Shown: positions 52,505 through 62,374, counted from the first letter of the stretch. The stretch: 64,000 nucleotides of DNA from Candidatus Spongiisociaceae bacterium (GCA_965219685.1 CBDCOH010000002.1:3072001-3136000), one strand, 5' to 3'. A program made the numbers and translations. The notes: generated by a model from the sequence alone, not told the origin.

Positions 52505-54877
52505 ATGGAGACCATGGATGATCTCCGGGAGGAGATCCAGGCTCTGCGGGGCCGTCTTTCCCGGCTGTGCGAAGCCAGCCGACGGATTAATGAGAGCCTT
52601 GACCTCGGAGCGGTCCTGCAGCGGGTGCTGGACAACGCCCGGGAGTTGACCGGTGCCTGTTACGCGATGATTGTCACGGTTGACGGGTCGGGCCGGGTGG
52701 ACGACTATGTGGTCTCCGGTCTCAGGCGTCAGGTCTTCGAACAGTTATCCGAGAAACCCGAAGCCTTGGAGTTCTTCGCCTACCTCAGTTCCCTTCCCGG
52801 TCCGCTCAGGGTCGCCGATCTGAGTAGCCATACGAGATCGGTTGGCCTTGCCGGGTCGCTCCCACCGGCCCCGGTGAGTTCTTTCCTCGCCGCGCCGATG
52901 CGCCACCGCGGGGAATGCGTGGGCAACATTTACGTCGCGAAGAGCCAGCCCGGTGCGGAATTCAGCACCGAGGATGAAGAGACACTCGTGATGTTCGCCT
53001 CCCAGGCCGCTCTCGTGATCGTCAACGCTCGAAGACACCGAGAGGAACAACGGGCCAGGGCGGGCCTCGAAGCCCTAGTGGACACTTCACCGGTGGGCGT
53101 GGTTGTCCTCGATGCCGCAGCCGGGACGCTGGTGTCGGCCAACCAGGAGGTGGCCCGTATCTTTCGCGATCTGGTACCGCCCGACACTCCCGTCGAGCAG
53201 CTCTGGGAAGAAGTGACCGTCGTCCGAGCCGACGGTACGGAAGTCTTCCTCGGCGAGGTAACGCCTACCCAAGCTATCAGCGCCGGGACAACGATACGCG
53301 GCGAGGAAGTCGCCTTCCGGTTAGCGGACGGCCGCAGCGTCACCACCATGCTGAACGCCACGCCCATCCTTTCCGAAGAGGGCGACGTAGAGTCGATCGT
53401 GATCACCTTCCAAGACATGACATCCTTTGAAGAGCTCGAGCGGCTCCGAGCCGAGTTCCTAGCCATGGTGAGCCACGAACTGCGCGCTCCGCTGACGTCC
53501 ATCAAGGGAGCCGCCACCACCCTTATCGGGTCCAGCCCCTCACTGGACCCCGCCGAGATGGTCCTCTTCTTCCGGATCATCGACCAGCAGGCCGACCACC
53601 TCAGCAGCCTGATCACCGACCTGTTGGACATGGCCCGCCTTGAGGCCGGCGCCCTCTCGGTGTCCCCGACCCCCACCGAAGTCGCTGTCCTGATCGACGA
53701 AGCAAGGACCATGTTCCTCAGCGGAGCAACCAGGCACAGCATCAACATCGACTTGGAACCGGACCTACCCCGAGTCCTTGCTGACAAACGTCGCATAGCC
53801 CAAGTGCTTGCCAACCTGCTGTCCAACGCCGCGAAGCACTCCCCCGAACGTTCAGCCATCCAAGTCGCTGCCATCCGAAGCGGAACCCACATCGCCTTCT
53901 CTGTCCGGGACGAAGGCAAGGGCTTGTCCCCCGACCTTCTTCCATACCTGTTCAGGAAACCCTCTAGAGTCGACACCAGCCACCACAGCGGTCTGGTCCG
54001 GACCGGTCTTGGACTTGCCATCTGCAAAGGGATAGTAGAAGCCCACGGAGGTCGAATCTGGGCCGAAAGCGAGGGACCAGACCGCGGCGCCGTTTTCACC
54101 TTCACCCTTCCCGCAGCTGGTGAAACCGCGCCGATCGCCCACAGTGGCCCCGTCCGGTCCACGCAGCGGACAGACAGCAACCGCACCCGGATCCTCGCAA
54201 TCGACGACGATCCCCAAACCCTGAGATACCTTCGAGGGGCGCTCACCGACGGTGGCTACGCCCCCACCGTCACCGGCGACCCCCAACAACTGTACAGCCT
54301 CATACAGCAGCACAAACCCCACCTCGTGCTGCTCGACCTCATGCTGCCCGGCACCGACGGAATCGAACTGCTCAACCAGAACCCCGAACTAGCCGCCCTA
54401 CCCGTGATCTTCCTATCAGCCTACGGCAGAGACCACACAGTCGCACGCGCTCTCGAAGCCGGCGCTGTCGACTACATCGTCAAACCATTCTCACCCACAG
54501 AACTGGCAGCGAGAATAGAAACAGCCCTACGCCAACGAACGACCCCGACATCAGAAACCCCGTCCGAACCCTACAAGCTAGAAGAACTCACAATCGACTA
54601 CGACCAACACGCAGCCTACCTAGCAGGGCACTCGATCAAACTAACCGGTATCGAATACCGGCTCCTGTTCGAACTCTCCGCCAACGCCGGCCAAGTAGTA
54701 ACCCACGAACACCTCCTACAACAAGTCTGGGGCAGAGGACACCCCGGCCACTCCGGACCGATCCGGACCACCATCAAAAACCTACGACGTAAACTCGGAG
54801 ACAACGCCAACAACCCCACATACATATTCAACGAGCCACGCGTCGGATACCGCATGCCAAAACGAACACCCGACTAA
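52505..54877 (+). CDS. Hybrid sensor-regulator GAF-PAS-HisKA-HATPase-REC-OmpR-type wHTH
   Basis: VSHELRAPLTSIKG, NLLSNAAKH, GLGLAICK, LLDLMLP, DYIVKPF, LRRKLGD..RVGYRM. Confidence 0.95.
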   Translation: METMDDLREEIQALRGRLSRLCEASRRINESLDLGAVLQRVLDNARELTGACYAMIVTVDGSGRVDDYVVSGLRRQVFEQLSEKPEALEFFAYLSSLPGPLRVADLSSHTRSVGLAGSLPPAPVSSFLAAPMRHRGECVGNIYVAKSQPGAEFSTEDEETLVMFASQAALVIVNARRHREEQRARAGLEALVDTSPVGVVVLDAAAGTLVSANQEVARIFRDLVPPDTPVEQLWEEVTVVRADGTEVFLGEVTPTQAISAGTTIRGEEVAFRLADGRSVTTMLNATPILSEEGDVESIVITFQDMTSFEELERLRAEFLAMVSHELRAPLTSIKGAATTLIGSSPSLDPAEMVLFFRIIDQQADHLSSLITDLLDMARLEAGALSVSPTPTEVAVLIDEARTMFLSGATRHSINIDLEPDLPRVLADKRRIAQVLANLLSNAAKHSPERSAIQVAAIRSGTHIAFSVRDEGKGLSPDLLPYLFRKPSRVDTSHHSGLVRTGLGLAICKGIVEAHGGRIWAESEGPDRGAVFTFTLPAAGETAPIAHSGPVRSTQRTDSNRTRILAIDDDPQTLRYLRGALTDGGYAPTVTGDPQQLYSLIQQHKPHLVLLDLMLPGTDGIELLNQNPELAALPVIFLSAYGRDHTVARALEAGAVDYIVKPFSPTELAARIETALRQRTTPTSETPSEPYKLEELTIDYDQHAAYLAGHSIKLTGIEYRLLFELSANAGQVVTHEHLLQQVWGRGHPGHSGPIRTTIKNLRRKLGDNANNPTYIFNEPRVGYRMPKRTPD

Positions 54878-55050
54878 GACCCCGCACAGCCGACCACACC
54901 GTAGCGACCCTCACAATCAGACGCCAGACCAAGCCCACGATGCTGGCGTCACTGCAAGGCGAGACACAAGCGCGACCAGAACTGTTCAGAGAAGTGTCAG
55001 GAACGCGACCACCTTGGCACAGAGTGAGTAGTCACACGGGCAGAAAGGGT

Positions 55051-55809
55051 TCACTTGCAGGAGTCACATTTCATCGTAGTCTCAAGACCGCCACCCTCAA
55101 TAGTAAGGTTGTCCAGATACCTAGCTAGCCTACTCTGCTTCCACACGCTCGAACCAAGGCTCACAAAGAACCAGACTGCAACAATCAATAACCAGGTTCG
55201 GAAGGACACCCTAGCATTATCAAGAGTCCCACATGGCGATCCGCATGCAATTATAGGAGGCTCAATCACAAAGTAGTAGAGAAAGAGTATAGATACCAGG
55301 CTGGCAATACCCAGTATGTAGGGCCATAGAGTAGCGAGAGCAGCCACCCTCTTGAGGGTTGGAGCTGTCGAATCCGAAAACAGCCGATATGTCGTAACGT
55401 TATCCTCGCGCCATATCTTGTACTCGGTGAGAAAGGGCTTGTGGGGAATAGGGTAAGTCTTCGACTGTTCCATTCTGCGTATGATAAACCTCTTGGTGAG
55501 AGATCTATTGTATGAATGTTGCACATGTGCGAACCACACGATGCATAGCACCATAACGATCGTTGAGATAAACATACCACCGAAGGCCCGCAAGTAGAGG
55601 CTACTCTCGGACGTGGAAAAGACGGCGAGGGAGCCCCCTAACAAGAAGACTGTAGATATGACGGTTGTGAAGAATTTGTCCACTGACAAACGCTGTTCGT
55701 CGTAGCGGTCAGCAGACTCCAACGCGAGCTGGTACTGCGTCATTGTCTGTGCTCCTACGGAAGCAGAAGAGTAACCTGAACTGCACATACTGGGGAACCT
55801 CCGTACCAT
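55051..55809 (-). CDS. RipA-like multi-TM membrane protein, candidate anti-phage effector
   Basis: QYQLALESAD..QRLSVDKFF followed by two TMs and K..II..ME..P..PF..E; two extra TMs; low GC. Confidence 0.65.
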   Translation of the reverse strand: MVRRFPSMCSSGYSSASVGAQTMTQYQLALESADRYDEQRLSVDKFFTTVISTVFLLGGSLAVFSTSESSLYLRAFGGMFISTIVMVLCIVWFAHVQHSYNRSLTKRFIIRRMEQSKTYPIPHKPFLTEYKIWREDNVTTYRLFSDSTAPTLKRVAALATLWPYILGIASLVSILFLYYFVIEPPIIACGSPCGTLDNARVSFRTWLLIVAVWFFVSLGSSVWKQSRLARYLDNLTIEGGGLETTMKCDSCK

Positions 55810-56300
55810 GGGGGCCTGCCAGTGGAATCACACACCGGCTTGTCGCAAGGGTACAAGCGGAAACAACAAGCGGATCCCTCGGAAAGTAGCCGCTTCTATG
55901 TTTGTCTGGTCGTGCTCGGTGTTTAGCGTTTGACGTAGCGGGGCTTCTCTGGGGGTCTACCCTGCGGTGGTTCCCTAGGCGACATAGACCCTTGTTGTTG
56001 GGACAGCGACGGGCGCTGGCGAAGCGAGGCTGTGGAGGGCTCCCATCAACTCGCTGGCTCGTCCGGTCATCGCCAGTTCGGTCTCCAACTCGACGATCCG
56101 ACGAGCAGCCCTCGTTTCCTCCTCCTCCGAAGACGCCAGACCGGCTGCAGTCCAGCGTCAACAATACCCCGGCGTCGCCACCTGTAGACGGTATGGTCGG
56201 ATACACCAAGGTCAACTGACACAGAAAATCAACGACCTGCCAGCGGCCAACAGGTCCGAACCTCGCGGGGACTCCGGCGGATACCGATTCCGTATGAGAC
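55810..56300 (-). pseudogene. Highly degraded IS3-like orfA/orfB remnant
   Basis: Fragments RRIVELETELAM..ASELM and RSGYF in shifting frames. Confidence 0.35.
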
Positions 56301-56641
56301 CCCTCCTCTTCGGTCAGCACAACACCAGATTCGAACATGCCGAGTCCACGAAACTGGGTATCACCTGAGGTTCACCACACCGGGTCAACCTCATAGTTGA
56401 TCCCCGGTGCGCAGATCCTGCGCCCGCCAGCGTCTTAGCGGCTCATCCGTCCGTGGAGGGTCGACTCGGTACCTCGTAGGACCGACCACAGTGTGAGCGC
56501 TCCTGGGTGTCACGTCACCACCCCGCGATCCGAGCGTCCGGTACCTAGGCTGCTGCCGGTTCGCTTGGTCGGCGGGTGTAGCTTCGCGCCGGTGGCGGCC
56601 GAGGCAAGTTGTTATGTGGGTGCCTATCGTGTGGTGGGAGT

Positions 56642-57391
56642 TTAGGGGGTGAGGACGGCGTTGGCGCCTGCGATGATGGACGCGCAGTCAGGGTGGGTGG
56701 GGTCCCCTGTCAGGTTGATCATCCGTATGAGCCACCAGGCGTACCAGCGGACCTCGATCTCTTCGCCCATGTCGCGTATGTCTTGGGCTGAGAACACCCC
56801 GAGGTCGGCTAGGGCCTGGTTGAGTTCGGCTTCTGTGTGGGGTTGGAAGGCGTCGTCGGTTGGAGAGGGGTATTGTCCGGGTCCGTGGTGGGGTTCCCAG
56901 CCCGGGTTTTCTAGGGCGAGGGCTATGAGTTCGTCATGCGCTGTGTAGTAGTGGAAGGTTGCGGCCCACCAGCTGTACCAGTTGGGATTGTCGATCAGTT
57001 CGTACTTGAAGGTGTCGCTGCATGCGGTGGCTTCGATACCGGCCCTGCCTGCGGGCATTCGGTCGTCCCATGCGGGGTGGCTGGCCCGCCGCAGGTAATA
57101 GTCCCAAGCCACTTGGCCCGGGGTGGTGGTCGGGGGATCCTCAGAGCGGGTGTCTTCTGTTTCGGGGGGTGGAGCGAGGGTCGTGTCGGTGACCGGCACT
57201 CCCCGTGTCGAACCGTCCGTGCCGGCCGGTGCTGTGCTGTCGGTAACCGCGACGCTGGTCGCAGTGGTTCCTTTGGTGGTGCCGTCTCGTTGGCTCTGGG
57301 CGCCCATCACCGAGCCCAAGGTCACCGCAACGACACCGACCAGTCCAACAGCGGCCACCAATGCACGGACCGTTGGGCCGGCAACCGTCAC
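56642..57391 (-). CDS. Membrane-anchored hypothetical protein (paralogue of 22806-23693)
   Basis: Long near-identical protein segments; probable GTG start by homology. Confidence 0.75.
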   Translation of the reverse strand: MTVAGPTVRALVAAVGLVGVVAVTLGSVMGAQSQRDGTTKGTTATSVAVTDSTAPAGTDGSTRGVPVTDTTLAPPPETEDTRSEDPPTTTPGQVAWDYYLRRASHPAWDDRMPAGRAGIEATACSDTFKYELIDNPNWYSWWAATFHYYTAHDELIALALENPGWEPHHGPGQYPSPTDDAFQPHTEAELNQALADLGVFSAQDIRDMGEEIEVRWYAWWLIRMINLTGDPTHPDCASIIAGANAVLTP

Positions 57392-57976
57392 CTGCCCTTC
57401 CGTTCCGCTGGGCGGCAACCGCTCCAACGAGTGCCTTGGTCGCATCCTAACCGATCTGCACCACTGTTCCGACACGGTTAGTGTAACCCAGCACACTGTA
57501 ACAACCCCGGAAAGGGTTTGTAATCCGTGCTGCCTACGTGTTGAAGTTGGTTCCGCTCTGCTCGGACCCCCGTCTGGCCCACGGGTGGGCAGTCAGCTCG
57601 GCTGCCGTCCCTAGCGACGTTGACCCCCTTTCGTGGACCCGCTTGTCCTTCTCCTCGTAGGCGGGATGGCGGAGGCGGTCATCGGCCTTGTGGATGGCTT
57701 GGCCGGCATCTGGCTGATACCGGTTTTGTTGATGGCGCACCCCCACGACTAGCCGGGTCCCCAGGTGCGGGAGGGGCTTATCTTGGAAGAGGTCAAGGTG
57801 TTCGACTGCGACCGGACGTTGGGCACCACAGCGGAGGAGCTGGCGCGCAGCGTGCAGTTCACCGTCGGTGTGCGAGTGGGCAGAGCCGGGTGTTGCGTAC
57901 CCGGGCCCGGTTCGAGACCTGGGCTGCCACGATCCGAATGGACGTGGATCCCGAACTGTTCGACCAGGAGCAGTTG

Positions 57977-58011
57977 TGAACCGCCCCGGGTTTGCCGGAG
58001 ACTCCGGGGGA
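57977..58011. repeat. IS3-type inverted repeat, left part of a 49-bp IR-IR remnant completed by 62361-62372
   Basis: TGAACCGCCCCGGGTTTGCCGGAGAC is the reverse complement of the IS3 end at 44865-44890. Confidence 0.8.
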
Positions 58012-58231
58012 ACACTCATACTTAAGGGGACCTCGACCGGGGTCCGGTCTGACGCAGCGGGAAACTGGCTGTGGTGCCTTACCCCGGATCTGTCGGCCGG
58101 GCACCGGTCGGGGGGTACGGGCAGCTAGCCCGGAGCGGATGTGACCTCATAGGAGCTTTGGTCGTTTCTTCCCCACACCCTGATGCTTCTATGTTGTGCA
58201 AATCCGGTGTTGGGGGTGGGGAGAGGTTCGG

Positions 58232-59305
58232 TTAGCCGCTGCCGGCGGGGGGTCCTGTATGGGTGTTGTGGTTGGGTGGGTTCTCTAGGAGCCGGTAGAG
58301 GTGGCGGGCGATGTAGCGTTTGAGGCAGCGTCGGGCTTCTCGGGGGGTTTTGCCTTCGGCGGTTCGTTTAGCGATGTAGGCCTGGGTCTTGGGGCAGGTG
58401 CGGGTGCGGGTGATGACGATGGTGTGGAGGGCTTGGTTGAGGGTTCGGTCGCCGTGGCGGTTGAGCCGGTGGCGGCTGTTTTGTCCGGAGGACGCCTCGA
58501 GTGGTGCTACGCCGGCGAGGCGGGCGAAGGCTGCTTCGTTACGGAAGCGGCCCCGGTGTGACCAGGCGACATAGATCTGAGCGGCGGTGATGGGTCCGAC
58601 TCCGGGCTGGTCAACCAGGTGGGGAGCGACTGTTTCGACGAGTTCGGCGATGAGCGCGGTTAGTTCGGCTATCTCGGTGGTGAGAGTCTTGATACGTCGG
58701 GCGACAGATCGCATGGCTGTCTTGGTGGCGGTGTGCTCGGTGAGGGTCCCGCCTCGGAGCCGGAATCTGTGGCACTTGGCGACCAGGCCAGCGGTGGTGA
58801 GGCCCCCGAGTTGGTCCCGCAGACCAACCGGTGCGGTTACTACCAGGGCTTTCAACTCGTTGATCGCCGCCACCCTGGCTGTTTGGGCTCCTCGGCGGGT
58901 GGTTTCCAACACTCGCAGCGCTTCGCGGTTTCCCCGAGCGCGGGGAACTGGCAGCCGACCACGGCCTAGGACCTGGCGGGCGGCCCGCCGTGCGTCGAGG
59001 GCGTCAGTCTTGGCGCCGTCGCGGGTCGGGGTGGGATCCCCGAACTCCACCACCCACTCACCACGGGCAGAAAGGTAGCCGGCCACGCCAGCTCCATAGC
59101 TGCCGGTGCCTTCCACAGACCACACCCGGTCACCTACCCGGGTGTGGGTGCCTGCCCATTCCAGCAGACGGTCGTAACCCACCCGGGTGGCGCCAAACAC
59201 CCCAGATGCCTGCTCTCCGGTGGTGGCAGTGTCCACCACCGACGCGGTGACCCGGTCCCGGTCAGGATCGATCCCGATCACGTGCTCTACCATCGTGGCC
59301 AACAT
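58232..59305 (-). CDS. IS110-family recombinase
   Basis: IGIDPD, VEGTGSYG, AKTDALDA, APLEASSG, HRLNRHGDR. Confidence 0.93.
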   Translation of the reverse strand: MLATMVEHVIGIDPDRDRVTASVVDTATTGEQASGVFGATRVGYDRLLEWAGTHTRVGDRVWSVEGTGSYGAGVAGYLSARGEWVVEFGDPTPTRDGAKTDALDARRAARQVLGRGRLPVPRARGNREALRVLETTRRGAQTARVAAINELKALVVTAPVGLRDQLGGLTTAGLVAKCHRFRLRGGTLTEHTATKTAMRSVARRIKTLTTEIAELTALIAELVETVAPHLVDQPGVGPITAAQIYVAWSHRGRFRNEAAFARLAGVAPLEASSGQNSRHRLNRHGDRTLNQALHTIVITRTRTCPKTQAYIAKRTAEGKTPREARRCLKRYIARHLYRLLENPPNHNTHTGPPAGSG

Positions 59306-59309
59306 AAGA

Positions 59310-59560
59310 AGACGCTCTCTTTCTTGTGCGAACTGGGCTATCGCCTCCTAAGGCGCAGACCGTGACGGCAGGACTGTGATGGGTCACACCCCGGACGGTG
59401 GACAAGCTTCTGATCAGGCCAGCAACGGAACGCCCAGGCGGCGCAGCGGCGGTGTCGGACGCATCACGGTAAAGACACAGAGGTCAGAGTGTTCTCGGGT
59501 CACGACCCCGCCGCTGACGCCAATCCTGGCAACCTCAACGAGACCCACCCGATACTCACA
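59310..59560 (-). ncRNA. Predicted bridge RNA of IS110-C
   Basis: Target loop GAACACTC / ACCGTGA inside stem agcggcgg..ccgccgct; donor loop AGAAGC / TCACAG matches its own ends. Confidence 0.75.
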
Positions 59561-59640
59561 GAGTGTTTTGTCCACCCGCTTCGGACCGGCGCTGCCGCAC
59601 AAATCCTATCCAACACAAGGAGAGGGGAGACACAGGGAGC

Positions 59641-60869
59641 ATGCCGGAACAAGACCAGGTCGATGTGTATGGAGGGGTTGATACCCATCGGGATATCCAC
59701 GTTGGAGCGGTGCTGGATCACACGGGTCGCCTACTGGGGTCAGAGGAGTTCAGGGCTGATGCGGCGGGATACGCGCAGCTGGAGGAGTGGCTCCGCTCCT
59801 GGGGGCAGCCGGTTCAGGTCGGTGTGGAAGGATGCGGTAGTTACGGCGCCGGCCTGGCTCGTTATCTGACCCGAGCCGACATCGAGGTGGTAGAAGTGAT
59901 GCGTCCCAACCGCCAGCTGCGTCGTCTCAGAGGCTGACACGGTCGACACCGAGGCTGCAGCCAGAGCTGCCCTCAGCGGAGATGCCACCGGGCGACCCAA
60001 AGGCGGGGACGGACCCGTAGAAGGGATAAGAATGCTTCGGATGGCTCGCCGTTCAGCGGTCAAAGCACGCACCCAGGCCGCCAACCAGATCCACGCCCTC
60101 CTCACAACCGCCCCTGAGCAGGTCAAACATCGGCTCCGGGACTCCAGTATCCAAGCGATGGTCAGAATCTGTGTCCGCTGGCGTCCCGGCGAAGCGCAGA
60201 CCACCACCGCGTACGCGAAAAAGGCGCTGCGGCACCTGGCCCGCCGATACCGGACCCTCGACACAGAAATAGCCGAACTCGACACCGACATCCGCCGTCT
60301 CTGCGCCAAGGCCAACCCGGCGCTCCTAGCCGCCTCCGGAGTGGGCCCCCACAGCGCTGCAGCACTCCTAGTCGCCGCCGGCGACAACCCCCAACGCATG
60401 AAATCCGAAGCGGTCCTTCGCGGCACTATGCGCCCTCAGCCCCGTCCAAGCATCATCGGGACAGATAGTTCGGCATCGGCTCAACCGAGGCGGCGACCGC
60501 CAAGCCAACAACGCTCTCTGGCGAATCGCCACCAACCGGATACGCACCGACCCCCGCACCATCGAATACACCCGCAGACGCAAAGCCGAAGGCAAAACCC
60601 GCCGCGAGATCATCCGCTGCCCCAAACGGCACATCGCCCGCGAGATCTACCACCTCCTAACCAAACCATCCCCAACACCCGACGGCAACGACCTCCGCCT
60701 CCAACGCCACCAAACCCGACTAACCCTCACCGACACCGCCGAACACCTCCAGGTCCACCCCACCCTCCTATCACTCCTCGAACGAGGCCTCCACCACAAC
60801 CACCAGCTCGCCACCCGCTACCAGAAATGGCTCACCGACCCGACCACAAAACCGATTTGCAAAACATAG
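59641..60869 (+). pseudogene. IS110-B recombinase with C-terminal HTH, frameshifted
   Basis: GGVDTHRDIH, VEGCGSYG; frame breaks near 59933 and 60410. Confidence 0.85.
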
Positions 60870-60889
60870 ACACCCCAGGAGCGCAAATG

Positions 60890-62110
60890 TCAAGCTGCGG
60901 CTTGGTCGAGGGCGGTTCGGTGTGCCCATGCGGTGTGTTCGTTGTAGGGGGTTCGGTGTTTGAGGCAGCCGTGGAGGATGCCGACGAGTCGGTTGGCGAG
61001 GGCTCGTAGTGCTTGGTGGTGGAGGTCGTCGGCTGCTCTTCGTTGGTCGTAGAACGCTCGGGCGCCTGGGCTGTTGTTTAGGGAACAGAACGCCCACTGG
61101 TCGAGGGCGTCGTAGAGACGCCGGTTGCGTATGTGGCGGGCGACCACGGCGTGTTTGCGGCCTGACGCCACTGTGACGGGCGACGTGCCGGCGTAGTTTC
61201 TGCGAGACTTGGCGCTGGTGTAGCGTTGGGGGTCGTCCCCGAACTCACCAAGCGCCCGGGCGCCGAGGACATTGCCGAGTCCTGGCTGTGAGAGGTAGAT
61301 ACCGGCGTCCGGGTGCTCCTCAAAGCGGGTTTCCAGGGCTGCTTCGAGTTCTGCGATCTGGCGGTTCAGTTCCGCAACGACGCTCACCAGCGCCCCCACA
61401 GTGGCCCCGTGTGCATCGGCGACCGGGCCGGGTGCGGCGAGCTGGGGGGTGCGGAGGCCTTTCTGGATTCGGCGGGCAACCTTGTCGAGGTTGCGTCTCC
61501 GGCCGGCGGCTTTGAGCGCGGCTCGGATCTGGGGCAGGGTCAGGCGGGCACCCCGGGTGGGGCTGGTTGCCCGGCCGAGTACAGCCAGGGTGTCGCGATG
61601 GGCCAGGTCATCAAAGGTTTCCAGCGCTGCGGGATAGTATCCTCGGAGCGTGTTGCGCATCTGGTTGGTGTGACGCACCCGGGCCCATTTCAGGTTCTGA
61701 TGTGTTCTCGCCAGTGCTTTGATCCCGTCGGCTTCGGGGCTGTCACCGGCCACGCTACGATGGTTGTGACGGTCGGTTCGTACCAGATCGGCTAACACCT
61801 TGGCGTCGCCACGGTCTGACTTAGCTCCTCCCAGGTGATGCCGGTCCCGGTAACGGGACACCGCCTTGGGATTGATCGCATACACCTGATAGCCCGCCCC
61901 GATGAGGGCACCAACCCAGAGGCCACGGTCGGTTTCGATGCCTACCACCACCTCGGCCGGCTCCGATGCGTGCTCGGCGACCATCTCATGCAAGCCGCCA
62001 ATCCCCTTGATCCCTTCCCGGAAACGAGCGAAACCCAGGCGGGCTCCGTAGGCGTCCATCAGATACACATCGTGGTGGCCCTCAGCCCAGTCGTTACCAA
62101 CAAAGATCAT
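60890..62110 (-). CDS. IS110-family recombinase
   Basis: 406 aa; VGNDWA, GIETD, AKSDRGDA, YAGTSPVTVASG. Confidence 0.95.
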   Translation of the reverse strand: MIFVGNDWAEGHHDVYLMDAYGARLGFARFREGIKGIGGLHEMVAEHASEPAEVVVGIETDRGLWVGALIGAGYQVYAINPKAVSRYRDRHHLGGAKSDRGDAKVLADLVRTDRHNHRSVAGDSPEADGIKALARTHQNLKWARVRHTNQMRNTLRGYYPAALETFDDLAHRDTLAVLGRATSPTRGARLTLPQIRAALKAAGRRRNLDKVARRIQKGLRTPQLAAPGPVADAHGATVGALVSVVAELNRQIAELEAALETRFEEHPDAGIYLSQPGLGNVLGARALGEFGDDPQRYTSAKSRRNYAGTSPVTVASGRKHAVVARHIRNRRLYDALDQWAFCSLNNSPGARAFYDQRRAADDLHHQALRALANRLVGILHGCLKHRTPYNEHTAWAHRTALDQAAA

Positions 62111-62114
62111 CCTT

Positions 62115-62350
62115 CGCCTCCTTCTCCGGGGATCAACTCTCTCCTGAGCTGTCGAGAACGCCTGGCGGCGACCTAATGGATCAGTGCTCTATGGCACGCC
62201 ACCCCATGAGCGCTACAAGCGGTCTCACCAACTGGCCGGGGCACGATCTATGTTCAGGAATCAGGTTCCAGGAGCATCCAGTACTCACCGGCCAGCCAGC
62301 TCAACCACCACACCCTCCCAGAAACACCAGAAGAAGTGGTGGACCCCCAT
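62115..62350 (-). ncRNA. Predicted bridge RNA of IS110-A3
   Basis: Guides GGATGCTCCT (62279-70) and AACATAG (62254-48) match the flanks; CCATTAG and TGGGGTG match its own ends. Confidence 0.78.
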
Positions 62351-62374
62351 TAGGAGCATCCGGGGCGGTTCAGA

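Larger units (their letters stand above)
58182..59562 (-). mobile_element. IS110 lineage C element, intact
   Basis: Duplicated TC core; ends TCTGTGAGTATC and CATAGAAGCATC. Confidence 0.9.
60867..62353 (-). mobile_element. IS110 lineage A copy A3, intact
   Basis: Same ends as A1/A2; TAG core duplicated at 60867 and 62351. Confidence 0.92.
58012..62360 (+). mobile_element. IS110 lineage B copy B4, interrupted by IS110-C and IS110-A3
   Basis: Removing 58182-59560 and 60867-62350 restores ACACTCATAC..ATAGGAGC..TGAGTGTT..tnp..AAACATAGGAGCATC. Confidence 0.88.
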
